64,000 bases of DNA, from assembly GCF_009914755.1 (NCBI RefSeq), contig NC_060938.1. One strand, 5' to 3'. How positions within the stretch are numbered: position 1 is the first letter of the stretch; each line of letters starts with the position of its first letter. The notes under the pieces were generated by a model. It had not been told where the DNA came from and searched no databases. It saw only the letters and a list, made by a program, of their open reading frames with translations. Position numbers and translations under genes: made by a program. This DNA comes from the human T2T-CHM13v2.0 reference genome, Homo sapiens. Below are positions 12,275-26,700 of the stretch, piece by piece.

Positions 12275-15200
12275 ATGAAAGGCAATGTTCAACTCTGTGA
12301 CTTGAATGCAGACATCACAGAGCAGTTTCTGAGAATGCTTCTGTCTAGATTTTATAGGAAGATATTCCCGTTTCCAACGAAATCTTCACAGCTATCCAAA
12401 TATCCACTTGCAGATTCTACAAAAAGAGTGTATCAAAACTGCTCTGTCAAAAGGAAGGTTCTTCTCTGTTAGGTGAGTGCATACGTCATAAAGGAGTTTC
12501 TGAGAATGTTTCTGTCTAGTGGTTATGGGAAGATATTTGCTTTTTCCCCGTAGGCCTCAGGGCGCTCCAAATGTCCACTTGCACATGCTACAAAAAGAGT
12601 GCTTCAAAGCTGCTCTCTGAAAGGGAATGTTCAACTCTATGAGTTGAATGCAAACATCACAAAGACGTTTCTGAGAATGCTTCTGTCTAGATTTGATATG
12701 AAGATATTCCCGTTTCCAACGAAATCTTCAAATCTATCCAAATGTCCACTTGCAGATTCAACAAAAAGTGTTTTTCAGAACTGCTCTATCAAAAGAAAGA
12801 TCCACCTCTGTTAGCTGAGTTCAGACATCACAAACAAGTTTATGAGAATGCTTCTGTCTAGTTTTTATTTGAAGATATTTCCTTTCTCACCATAGAGCTG
12901 AAAGCTGTCCTAATGTTCACTTCCAGTTACTACAGAAAGAGTGTTTCAAAACTGCTGTACGAAAGGGAATGTTCAACTCTGTGACTTGAATGCACACATC
13001 ACAAAGAAGTTTCTGAGGATGCTGCTGTCTACTTTTTATACTTAATCCCGTTTCCAACGAAATCCTCCAAGCTATCCAAATATCCACTTGCAGATTCCAC
13101 AGAAAGACTGTTTCAAAACTGCTCTGTCAATAGAAAGGTTCAACTCTGTTAGCTGCGTGCATATATCCCAAAGAAGATTCTGAGATTGCTTCTGTCTAGT
13201 TTTTATGGGAAGATATTTCCCTTTTCACCGTAGGTGTCAAGGCGCTCCAAATGTCCACTTCCAGATACTACAAAAAGAGTGTTTCAAACCTACTCTGTGA
13301 AAGGGAATATTCAACTCTGTGACTTGAATGCACATATCACAAGGAAGTTTCTGAGAATGCTTCTGTCGAGATTTTATATGAAGATATTCCCGTTTCCAAC
13401 GAAATCCTGAAATCTATCCAAATATCCCCTCGCAGATTCTACAAAAAGAGTGTTTCAAAACTGCTCTGTAAAAAGAAAGGTTCAACTCTGTTAGTTGAGT
13501 ACACACATCACAAACAAGTTTCACAGAATGCTTCTTTCTAGCTTGTAGGGGAAGATATTCCCTTTATCACCATGGGCCTCCAACCGTCCGAAACATCCAC
13601 TTCCATATACTACAAAAAGAGCGTTTCAAACCTGCTCTATGAAAGGCAATGTTCAACTCTGTGACTTGAATGCAGACATCACAGAGCAGTTTCTGAGAAT
13701 GCTTCTGTCTAGATTTTATAGGAAGATATTCCCGTTTCCAACGAAATCTTCACAGCTATCCAAATATCCACTTGCAGATTCTACAAAAAGAGTGTATCAA
13801 AACTGCTCTGTCAAAAGGAAGGTTCTTTTCTGTTACGTGAGTGCATACGTCATAAAGGAGTTTCTGAGAATGTTTCTGTCTAGTGGTTATGGGAAGATAT
13901 TTGCTTTTTCACCGTAGGCCTCAGAGCGCTCCAAATATCCACTTGCACATACTACAAAAAGTGTGCCTCAAAGCTGCTCTCTGAAACGGAATGTTCAACT
14001 CTATGAGTTGAATGCAAACATCACAAAGACGTTTCTGAGAATACTTCTGTCTAGATTTGATATGAAGATATTCCCGTTTCCAACGAAATCTTCAAATCTA
14101 TCCAAATGTCCACTTGCAGATTCAACAAAAAGTGTTTTTCAGAACTGCTCTATCAAAAGAAAGATCCACCTCTGTTAGCTGAGTTCACACATCACAAACA
14201 AGTTTATGAGAATGCTTCTGTCTAGTTTTTATTTGAAGATATTTCCTTTCTCACCATAGAGCTGAAAGCTGTCCTAATGTTCACTTCCAGATACTACAGA
14301 AAGAGTGTTTCAAAACTGCTGTACGAAAGGGAATGTTCAACTCTGTCACTTGAATGCACACATCACAAAGAAGTTTCTGAGGATGCTGCTGTCTACTTTT
14401 TATACGTAATCCCGTTTCCAACGAAATCCTCCAAGCTATCCAAATATCCACTTGCAGATTCCACAGAAAGACTGTTTCAAAACTGCTCTGTCAATAGAAA
14501 GGTTCAACTCTGTTAGCTGCGTGCATATATCCCAAAGAAGATTCTGAGATTGCTTCTGTCTAGTTTTTATGGGAAGATATTTCCCTTTTCACCGTAGGTG
14601 TCAAGGCGCTCCAAATGTCCACTTCCAGATACTACAAAAAGAGTGTTTCAAACCTACTCTGTGAAAGGGAATATTCAACTCTGTGACTTGAATGCACATA
14701 TCACAAAGAAGTTTCTGACAATGCTTCTGTCGAGATTTTATATGAAGATATTCCCGTTTCCAACGAAATCCTGAAATCTATCCAAATATCCCCTCGCAGA
14801 TTCTACAAAAAGAGTGTTTCAAAACTGCTCTGTGAAAAGAAAAGTTCAACTCTGTTAGTTGAGTACACACATCACAAACAAGTTTCACAGAATGCTTCTT
14901 TCTAGCTTGTAGGGGAAGATATTCCCTTTATCACCATGGGCCTCCAACCGTCCGAAACGTCCACTTCCATATACTACAAAAAGAGCGTTTCAAACCTGCT
15001 CTATGAAAGGCAATGTTCAACTCTGTGACTTGAATGCAGACATCACAGAGCAGTTTCTGAGAATGCTTCTGTCTAGATTTTATAGGAAGATATTCCCGTT
15101 TCCAACGAAATCTTCACAGCTATCCAAATATCCACTTGCAGATTCTACAAAAAGAGTGTATCAAAACTGCTCTGTCAAAAGGAAGGTTCTTCTCTGTTAG

Positions 15201-17730
15201 GTGAGTGCATACGTCATAAAGGAGTTTCTGAGAATGTTTCTGTCTAGTGGTTATGGGAAGATATTTGCTTTTTCCCCGTAGGCCTCAGGGCGCTCCAAAT
15301 GTCCACTTGCACATGCTACAAAAAGAGTGCTTCAAAGCTGCTCTCTGAAAGGGAATGTTCAACTCTATGAGTTGAATGCAAACATCACAAAGACGTTTCT
15401 GAGAATGCTTCTGTCTAGATTTGATATGAAGATATTCCCGTTTCCAACGAAATCTTCAAATCTATCCAAATGTCCACTTGCAGATTCAACAAAAAGTGTT
15501 TTTCAGAACTGCTCTATCAAAAGAAAGATCCACCTCTGTTAGCTGAGTTCAGACATCACAAACAAGTTTATGAGAATGCTTCTGTCTAGTTTTTATTTGA
15601 AGATATTTCCTTTCTCACCATAGAGCTGAAAGCTGTCCTAATGTTCACTTCCAGTTACTACAGAAAGAGTGTTTCAAAACTGCTGTACGAAAGGGAATGT
15701 TCAACTCTGTGACTTGAATGCACACATCACAAAGAAGTTTCTGAGGATGCTGCTGTCTACTTTTTATACTTAATCCCGTTTCCAACGAAATCCTCCAAGC
15801 TATCCAAATATCCACTTGCAGATTCCACAGAAAGACTGTTTCAAAACTGCTCTGTCAATAGAAAGGTTCAACTCTGTTAGCTGCGTGCATATATCCCAAA
15901 GAAGATTCTGAGATTGCTTCTGTCTAGTTTTTATGGGAAGATATTTCCCTTTTCACCGTAGGTGTCAAGGCGCTCCAAATGTCCACTTCCAGATACTACA
16001 AAAAGAGTGTTTCAAACCTACTCTGTGAAAGGGAATATTCAACTCTGTGACTTGAATGCACATATCACAAGGAAGTTTCTGAGAATGCTTCTGTCGAGAT
16101 TTTATATGAAGATATTCCCGTTTCCAACGAAATCCTGAAATCTATCCAAATATCCCCTCGCAGATTCTACAAAAAGAGTGTTTCAAAACTGCTCTGTAAA
16201 AAGAAAGGTTCAACTCTGTTAGTTGAGTACACACATCACAAACAAGTTTCACAGAATGCTTCTTTCTAGCTTGTAGGGGAAGATATTCCCTTTATCACCA
16301 TGGGCCTCCAACCGTCCGAAACATCCACTTCCATATACTACAAAAAGAGCGTTTCAAACCTGCTCTATGAAAGGCAATGTTCAACTCTGTGACTTGAATG
16401 CAGACATCACAGAGCAGTTTCTGAGAATGCTTCTGTCTAGATTTTATAGGAAGATATTCTCGTTTCCAACGAAATCTTCACAGCTATCCAAATATCCACT
16501 TGCAGATTCTACAAAAAGAGTGTATCAAAACTGCTCTGTCAAAAGGAAGGTTCTTTTCTGTTACGTGAGTGCATACGTCATAAAGGAGTTTCTGAGAATG
16601 TTTCTGTCTAGTGGTTATGGGAAGATATTTGCTTTTTCACCGTAGGCCTCAGAGCGCTCCAAATATCCACTTGCACATACTACAAAAAGAGTGCCTCAAA
16701 GCTGCTCTCTGAAACGGAATGTTCAACTCTATGAGTTGAATGCAAACATCACAAAGACGTTTCTGAGAATACTTCTGTCTAGATTTGATATGAAGATATT
16801 CCCGTTTCCAACGAAATCTTCAAATCTATCCAAATGTCCACTTGCAGATTCAACAAAAAGTGTTTTTCAGAACTGCTCTATCAAAAGAAAGATCCACCTC
16901 TGTTAGCTGAGTTCACACATCACAAACAAGTTTATGAGAATGCTTCTGTCTAGTTTTTATTTGAAGATATTTCCTTTCTCACCATAGAGCTGAAAGCTGT
17001 CCTAATGTTCACTTCCAGATACTACAGAAAGAGTGTTTCAAAACTGCTGTACGAAAGGGAATGTTCAACTCTGTCACTTGAATGCACACATCACAAAGAA
17101 GTTTCTGAGGATGCTGCTGTCTACTTTTTATACGTAATCCCGTTTCCAACGAAATCCTCCAAGCTATCCAAATATCCACTTGCAGATTCCACAGAAAGAC
17201 TGTTTCAAAACTGCTCTGTCAATAGAAAGGTTCAACTCTGTTAGCTGCGTGCATATATCCCAAAGAAGATTCTGAGATTGCTTCTGTCTAGTTTTTATGG
17301 GAAGATATTTCCCTTTTCACCGTAGGTGTCAAGGCGCTCCAAATGTCCACTTCCAGATACTACAAAAAGAGTGTTTCAAACCTACTCTGTGAAAGGGAAT
17401 ATTCAACTCTGTGACTTGAATGCACATATCACAAAGAAGTTTCTGACAATGCTTCTGTCGAGATTTTATATGAAGATATTCCCGTTTCCAACGAAATCCT
17501 GAAATCTATCCAAATATCCCCTCGCAGATTCTACAAAAAGAGTGTTTCAAAACTGCTCTGTGAAAAGAAAAGTTCAACTCTGTTAGTTGAGTACACACAT
17601 CACAAACAAGTTTCACAGAATGCTTCTTTCTAGCTTGTAGGGGAAGATATTCCCTTTATCACCATGGGCCTCCAACCGTCCGAAACATCCACTTCCATAT
17701 ACTACAAAAAGAGCGTTTCAAACCTGCTCT
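12275..17730. repeat. Tandem duplication of a 2-HOR block, period 2728 bp
   Basis: U10=U12 (tcagacatc, ccagttac, atacttaat) and U11=U13 (tgttacgtg, gaatactt, ctgtcact, ctgacaatg, aaaagttc). Confidence 0.9.
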
Positions 17731-20700
17731 ATGAAAGGCAATGTTCAACTCTGTGACTTGAATGCAGACATCACAGAGCAGTTTCTGAGAATGCTTCTGT
17801 CTAGATTTTATAGGAAGATATTCCCGTTTCCAACGAAATCTTCACAGCTATCCAAATATCCACTTGCAGATTCTACAAAAAGAGTGTATCAAAACTGCTC
17901 TGTCAAAAGGAAGGTTCTTCTCTGTTAGGTGAGTGCATACGTCATAAAGGAGTTTCTGAGAATGTTTCTGTCTAGTGGTTATGGGAAGATATTTGCTTTT
18001 TCACCGTAGGCCTCAGAGCGCTCCAAATATCCACTTGCACATACTACAAAAAGAGTGCCTCAAAGCTGCTCTCTGAAACGGAATGTTCAACTCTATGAGT
18101 TGAATGCAAACATCGCAAAGACGTTTCTGAGAATGCTTCTGTCTAGATTTGATATGAAGATATTCCCGTTTCCAACGAAATCTTCAAATCTATCCAAATG
18201 TCCACTTGCAGATTCAACAAAAAGTGTTTTTCAGAACTGCTCTATCAAAAGAAAGATCCACCTCTGTTAGCTGAGTTCACACATCACAAACAAGTTTATG
18301 AGAATGCTTCTGTCTAGTTTTTATTTGAAGATATTTCCTTTCTCACCATAGAGCTGAAAGCTGTCCTAATGTTCACTTCCAGATACTACAGAAAGAGTGT
18401 TTCAAAACTGCTGTACGAAAGGGAATGTTCAACTCTGTGACTTGAATGCACACATCACAAAGAAGTTTCTGAGGATGCTGCTGTCTACTTTTTATACGTA
18501 ATCCCGTTTCCAATGAAATCCTCCAAGCTATCGAAATATCCACTTGCAGATTCCACAGAAAGACTGTTTCAAAACTGCTCTGTCAATAGAAAGGTTCAAC
18601 TCTGTTAGCTGCGTGCATATATCCCAAAGAAGATTCTGAGATTGCTTCTGTCTAGTTTTTATGGGAAGATATTTCCCTTTTCACCGTAGGTGTCAAGGCG
18701 CTCCAAATGTCCACTTCCAGATACTACAAAAAGAGTGTTTCAAACCTACTCTGTGAAAGGGAATATTCAACTCTGTGACTTGAATGCACATATCACAAAG
18801 AAGTTTCTGACAATGCTTCTGTCGAGATTTTATATGAAGATATTCCCGTTTCCAACGAAATCCTGAAATCTATCCAAATATCCCCTCGCAGATTCTACAA
18901 AAAGAGTGTTTCAAAACTGCTCTGTGAAAAGAAAGGTTCAACTCTGTTAGTTGAGTACACACATCACAAACAAGTTTCACAGAATGCTTCTTTCTAGCTT
19001 GTAGGGGAAGATATTCCCTTTATCACCATGGGCCTCCAACCGTCCGAAACATCCACTTCCCTATACTACAAAAAGAGCGTTTCAAACCTGCTCTATGAAA
19101 GGCGATGTTCAACTCTGTGACTTGAATGCAGACATCACAGAGCAGTTTCTGAGAATGCTTCTGTCTAGATTTTATAGGAAGATATTCCCGTTTCCAACGA
19201 AATCTTCACAGCTATCCAAATATCCACTTGCAGATTCTACAAAAAGAGTGTATCAAAACTACTCTGTCAAAAGGAAGGTTCTTTTCTGTTAGGTGAGTGC
19301 ATACGTCATAAAGGAGTTTCTGAGAATGTTTCTGTCTAGTGGTTATGGGAAGATATTTGCTTTTTCACCGTCGGCCTCAGAGCGCTCCAAATATCCACTT
19401 GCACATACTACAAAAAGAGTGCCTCAAAGCTGCTCTCTGAAACGGAATGTTCAACTCTATGAGTTGAATGCAAACATCGCAAAGACGTTTCTGAGAATGC
19501 TTCTGTCTAGATTTGATATGAAGATATTCCCGTTTCCAACGAAATCTTCAAATCTATCCAAATGTCCACTTGCAGATTCAACAAAAGGTGTTTTTCAGAA
19601 CTGCTCTATGAAAAGAAAGATCCACCTCTGTTAGCTGAGTTCACACATCACAAACAAGTTTATGAGAATGCTTCTGTCTAGTTTTTATTTGAAGATATTT
19701 CCTTTCTCACCATAGAGCTGAAAGCTGTCCTAATGTTCACTTCCAGATACTACAGAAAGAGTGTTTCAAAACTGCTGTACGAAAGGGAATGTTCAACTCT
19801 GTGACTTGAATGCACACATCACAAAGAAGTTTCTGAGGATGCTGCTGTCTACTTTTTATACGTAATCCCGTTTCCAACGAAATCCTCCAAGCTATCGAAA
19901 TATCCACTTGCAGATTCCACAGAAAGACTGTTTCAAAACTGCTCTGTCGATAGAAAGGTTCAACTCTGTTAGCTGCGTGCATATATCCCAAAGAAGATTC
20001 TGAGATTGCTTCTGTCTAGTTTTTATGGGAAGATATTTCCCTTTTCACCGTAGGTGTCAAGGCGCTCCAAATGTCCACTTCCAGATACTACAAAAAGGGT
20101 GTTTCAAACCTACTCTGTGAAAGGGAATATTCAACTCTGTGACTTGGATGCACATATCACAAAGAAGTTTCTGAGAATGCTTCTGTCGAGATTTTATATG
20201 AAGATATTCCCGTTTCCAACGAAATCCTGAAATCTATCCAAATATCCCCTCGCAGATTCTGCAAAAAGAGTGTTTCAAAACTGCTCTGTGAAAAGAAAGG
20301 TTCAACTCTGTTAGTTGAGTACACACATCACAAACAAGTTTCACAGAATGCTTCTTTCTAGCTTGTAGGGGAAGATATTCCCTTTATCACCATGGGCCTC
20401 CAACCGTCCGAAACATCCACTTCCATATACTACAAAAAGAGCGTTTCAAACCTGCTCTATGAAAGGCAATGTTCAACTCTGTGACTTGAATGCAGACATC
20501 ACAGAGCAGTTTCTGAGAATGCTTCTGTCTAGATTTTATAGGAAGATATTCCCGTTTCCAACGAAATCTTCACAGCTATCCAAATATCCACTTGCAGATT
20601 CTACAAAAAGAGTGTATCAAAACTGCTCTGTCAAAAGGAAGGTTCTTCTCTGTTAGGTGAGTGCATACGTCATAAAGGAGTTTCTGAGAATGTTTCTGTC

Positions 20701-23700
20701 TAGTGGTTATGGGAAGATATTTGCTTTTTCCCCGTAGGCCTCAGAGCGCTCCAAATATCCACTTGCACATACTACAAAAAGAGTGCTTCAAAGCTGCTCT
20801 CTGAAACGGAATGTTCAACTCTATGAGTTGAATGCAAACATCACAAAGACGTTTCTGAGAATGCTTCTGTCTAGATTTGATATGAAGATATTCCCGTTTC
20901 CAACGAAATCTTCAAATCTATCCAAAGGTCCACTTGCAGATTCAACAAAAAGTGTTTTTCAGAACTGCTCTATCAAAAGAAAGATCCACCTCTGTTAGCT
21001 GAGTTCACACATCACAAACAAGTTTATGAGAATGCTTCTGTCTAGTTTTTATTTGAAGATATTTCCTTTCTCACCATAGACCTGAAAGCTGTCCTAATGT
21101 TCACTTCCAGATACTACAGAAAGAGTGTTTCAAAACTGCTGTATGAAAGGGAATGTTCAACTCTGTGACTTGAATGCACACATCACAAAGAAGTTTCTGA
21201 GGATGCTGCTGTCTACTTTTTATACGTAATCCCGTTTCCAACGAAATCCTCCAAGCTATCCAAATATCCACTTGCAGATTCCACAGAAAGACTGTTTCAA
21301 AACTGCTCTGTCAATAGAAAGGTTCAACTCTGTTAGCTGCGTGCATATATCCCAAAGAAGATTCTGAGATTGCTTCTGTCTAGTTTTTATGGGAAGATAT
21401 TTCCCTTTTCACCGTAGGTGTCAAGGCGCTCCAAATGTCCACTTCCAGATACTACAAAAAGAGTGTTTCAAACCTACTCTGTGAAAGGGAATATTCAACT
21501 CTGTGATTGAATGCACATATCACAAAGAAGTTTCTGAGAATGCTTCTGTCGAGATTTTATATGAAGATATTCCCGTTTCCAACGAAATCCTGAAATGTAT
21601 CCAAATATCCCCTCCCAGATTCTACAAAAAGAGTGTTTCAAAACTGCTCTGTAAAAAGAAAGGTTCAACTCTGTTAGTTGAGTACACACATCACAAACAA
21701 GTTTCACAGAATGCTTCTTTCTAGCTTGTAGGGGAAGATATTCCCTTTATCACCATGGGCCTCCAACCGTCCGAAACATCCACTTCCATATACTACAAAA
21801 AGAGCGTTTCAAACCTGCTCTATGAAAGGCAATGTTCAACTCTGTGACTTGAATGCAGACATCACAGAGCAGTTTCTGAGAATGCTTCTGTCTAGATTTT
21901 ATAGGAAGATATTCCCGTTTCCAACGAAATCTTCACAGCTATCCAAATATCCACTTGCAGATTCTACAAAAAGAGTGTATCAAAACTGCTCTGTCAAAAG
22001 GAAGGTTCTTCTCTGTTAGGTGAGTGCATACGTCATAAAGGAGTTTCTGAGAATGTTTCTGTCTAGTGGTTATGGGAAGATATTTGCTTTTTCACCGTAG
22101 GCCTCAGAGCGCTCCAAATATCCACTTGCACATACTACAAAAAGAGTGCCTCAAAGCTGCTCTCTGAAACGGAATGTTCAACTCTATGAGTTGAATGCAA
22201 ACATCACAAAGACGTTTCTGAGAATACTTCTGTCTAGATTTGATATGAAGATATTCCCGTTTCCAACGAAATCTTCAAATCTATCCAAATGTCCACTTGC
22301 AGATTCAACAAAAAGTGTTTTTCAGAACTGCTCTATCAAAAGAAAGATCCACCTCTGTTAGCTGAGTTCACACATCACAAACAAGTTTATGAGAATGCTT
22401 CTGTCTAGTTTTTATTTGAAGATATTTCCTTTCTCACCATAGAGCTGAAAGCTGTCCTAATGTTCACTTCCAGATACTACAGAAAGAGTGTTTCAAAACT
22501 GCTGTACGAAAGGGAATGTTCAACTCTGTCACTTGAATGCACACATCACAAAGAAGTTTCTGAGGATGCTGCTGTCTACTTTTTATACGTAATCCCGTTT
22601 CCAACGAAATCCTCCAAGCTATCCAAATATCCACTTGCAGATTCCACAGAAAGACTGTTTCAAAACTGCTCTGTCAATAGAAAGGTTCAACTCTGTTAGC
22701 TGCGTGCATATATCCCAAAGAAGATTCTGAGATTGCTTCTGTCTAGTTTTTATGGGAAGATATTTCCCTTTTCACCGTAGGTGTCAAGGCGCTCCAAATG
22801 TCCACTTCCAGATACTACAAAAAGAGTGTTTCAAACCTACTCTGTGAAAGGGAATATTCAACTCTGTGACTTGAATGCACATATCACAAAGAAGTTTCTG
22901 ACAATGCTTCTGTCGAGATTTTATATGAAGATATTCCCGTTTCCAACGAAATCCTGAAATCTATCCAAATATCCCCTCGCAGATTCTACAAAAAGAGTGT
23001 TTCAAAACTGCTCTGTGAAAAGAAAAGTTCAACTCTGTTAGTTGAGTACACACATCACAAACAAGTTTCACAGAATGCTTCTTTCTAGCTTGTAGGGGAA
23101 GATATTCCCTTTATCACCATGGGCCTCCAACCGTCCGAAACGTCCACTTCCATATACTACAAAAAGAGCGTTTCAAACCTGCTCTATGAAAGGCAATGTT
23201 CAACTCTGTGACTTGAATGCAGACATCACAGAGCAGTTTCTGAGAATGCTTCTGTCTAGATTTTATAGGAAGATATTCCCGTTTCCAACGAAATCTTCAC
23301 AGCTATCCAAATATCCACTTGCAGATTCTACAAAAAGAGTGTATCAAAACTGCTCTGTCAAAAGGAAGGTTCTTCTCTGTTAGGTGAGTGCATACGTCAT
23401 AAAGGAGTTTCTGAGAATGTTTCTGTCTAGTGGTTATGGGAAGATATTTGCTTTTTCCCCGTAGGCCTCAGGGCGCTCCAAATGTCCACTTGCACATGCT
23501 ACAAAAAGAGTGCTTCAAAGCTGCTCTCTGAAAGGGAATGTTCAACTCTATGAGTTGAATGCAAACATCACAAAGACGTTTCTGAGAATGCTTCTGTCTA
23601 GATTTGATATGAAGATATTCCCGTTTCCAACGAAATCTTCAAATCTATCCAAATGTCCACTTGCAGATTCAACAAAAAGTGTTTTTCAGAACTGCTCTAT

Positions 23701-26700
23701 CAAAAGAAAGATCCACCTCTGTTAGCTGAGTTCAGACATCACAAACAAGTTTATGAGAATGCTTCTGTCTAGTTTTTATTTGAAGATATTTCCTTTCTCA
23801 CCATAGAGCTGAAAGCTGTCCTAATGTTCACTTCCAGTTACTACAGAAAGAGTGTTTCAAAACTGCTGTACGAAAGGGAATGTTCAACTCTGTGACTTGA
23901 ATGCACACATCACAAAGAAGTTTCTGAGGATGCTGCTGTCTACTTTTTATACTTAATCCCGTTTCCAACGAAATCCTCCAAGCTATCCAAATATCCACTT
24001 GCAGATTCCACAGAAAGACTGTTTCAAAACTGCTCTGTCAATAGAAAGGTTCAACTCTGTTAGCTGCGTGCATATATCCCAAAGAAGATTCTGAGATTGC
24101 TTCTGTCTAGTTTTTATGGGAAGATATTTCCCTTTTCACCGTAGGTGTCAAGGCGCTCCAAATGTCCACTTCCAGATACTACAAAAAGAGTGTTTCAAAC
24201 CTACTCTGTGAAAGGGAATATTCAACTCTGTGACTTGAATGCACATATCACAAGGAAGTTTCTGAGAATGCTTCTGTCGAGATTTTATATGAAGATATTC
24301 CCGTTTCCAACGAAATCCTGAAATCTATCCAAATATCCCCTCGCAGATTCTACAAAAAGAGTGTTTCAAAACTGCTCTGTAAAAAGAAAGGTTCAACTCT
24401 GTTAGTTGAGTACACACATCACAAACAAGTTTCACAGAATGCTTCTTTCTAGCTTGTAGGGGAAGATATTCCCTTTATCACCATGGGCCTCCAACCGTCC
24501 GAAACATCCACTTCCATATACTACAAAAAGAGCGTTTCAAACCTGCTCTATGAAAGGCAATGTTCAACTCTGTGACTTGAATGCAGACATCACAGAGCAG
24601 TTTCTGAGAATGCTTCTGTCTAGATTTTATAGGAAGATATTCTCGTTTCCAACGAAATCTTCACAGCTATCCAAATATCCACTTGCAGATTCTACAAAAA
24701 GAGTGTATCAAAACTGCTCTGTCAAAAGGAAGGTTCTTTTCTGTTACGTGAGTGCATACGTCATAAAGGAGTTTCTGAGAATGTTTCTGTCTAGTGGTTA
24801 TGGGAAGATATTTGCTTTTTCACCGTAGGCCTCAGAGCGCTCCAAATATCCACTTGCACATACTACAAAAAGAGTGCCTCAAAGCTGCTCTCTGAAACGG
24901 AATGTTCAACTCTATGAGTTGAATGCAAACATCACAAAGACGTTTCTGAGAATACTTCTGTCTAGATTTGATATGAAGATATTCCCGTTTCCAACGAAAT
25001 CTTCAAATCTATCCAAATGTCCACTTGCAGATTCAACAAAAAGTGTTTTTCAGAACTGCTCTATCAAAAGAAAGATCCACCTCTGTTAGCTGAGTTCACA
25101 CATCACAAACAAGTTTATGAGAATGCTTCTGTCTAGTTTTTATTTGAAGATATTTCCTTTCTCACCATAGAGCTGAAAGCTGTCCTAATGTTCACTTCCA
25201 GATACTACAGAAAGAGTGTTTCAAAACTGCTGTACGAAAGGGAATGTTCAACTCTGTCACTTGAATGCACACATCACAAAGAAGTTTCTGAGGATGCTGC
25301 TGTCTACTTTTTATACGTAATCCCGTTTCCAACGAAATCCTCCAAGCTATCCAAATATCCACTTGCAGATTCCACAGAAAGACTGTTTCAAAACTGCTCT
25401 GTCAATAGAAAGGTTCAACTCTGTTAGCTGCGTGCATATATCCCAAAGAAGATTCTGAGATTGCTTCTGTCTAGTTTTTATGGGAAGATATTTCCCTTTT
25501 CACCGTAGGTGTCAAGGCGCTCCAAATGTCCACTTCCAGATACTACAAAAAGAGTGTTTCAAACCTACTCTGTGAAAGGGAATATTCAACTCTGTGACTT
25601 GAATGCACATATCACAAAGAAGTTTCTGACAATGCTTCTGTCGAGATTTTATATGAAGATATTCCCGTTTCCAACGAAATCCTGAAATCTATCCAAATAT
25701 CCCCTCGCAGATTCTACAAAAAGAGTGTTTCAAAACTGCTCTGTGAAAAGAAAAGTTCAACTCTGTTAGTTGAGTACACACATCACAAACAAGTTTCACA
25801 GAATGCTTCTTTCTAGCTTGTAGGGGAAGATATTCCCTTTATCACCATGGGCCTCCAACCGTCCGAAACATCCACTTCCATATACTACAAAAAGAGCGTT
25901 TCAAACCTGCTCTATGAAAGGCAATGTTCAACTCTGTGACTTGAATGCAGACATCACAGAGCAGTTTCTGAGAATGCTTCTGTCTAGATTTTATAGGAAG
26001 ATATTCCCGTTTCCAACGAAATCTTCACAGCTATCCAAATATCCACTTGCAGATTCTACAAAAAGAGTGTATCAAAACTGCTCTGTCAAAAGGAAGGTTC
26101 TTCTCTGTTAGGTGAGTGCATACGTCATAAAGGAGTTTCTGAGAATGTTTCTGTCTAGTGGTTATGGGAAGATATTTGCTTTTTCACCGTAGGCCTCAGA
26201 GCGCTCCAAATATCCACTTGCACATACTACAAAAAGAGTGCCTCAAAGCTGCTCTCTGAAACGGAATGTTCAACTCTATGAGTTGAATGCAAACATCGCA
26301 AAGACGTTTCTGAGAATGCTTCTGTCTAGATTTGATATGAAGATATTCCCGTTTCCAACGAAATCTTCAAATCTATCCAAATGTCCACTTGCAGATTCAA
26401 CAAAAAGTGTTTTTCAGAACTGCTCTATCAAAAGAAAGATCCACCTCTGTTAGCTGAGTTCACACATCACAAACAAGTTTATGAGAATGCTTCTGTCTAG
26501 TTTTTATTTGAAGATATTTCCTTTCTCACCATAGAGCTGAAAGCTGTCCTAATGTTCACTTCCAGATACTACAGAAAGAGTGTTTCAAAACTGCTGTACG
26601 AAAGGGAATGTTCAACTCTGTGACTTGAATGCACACATCACAAAGAAGTTTCTGAGGATGCTGCTGTCTACTTTTTATACGTAATCCCGTTTCCAACGAA

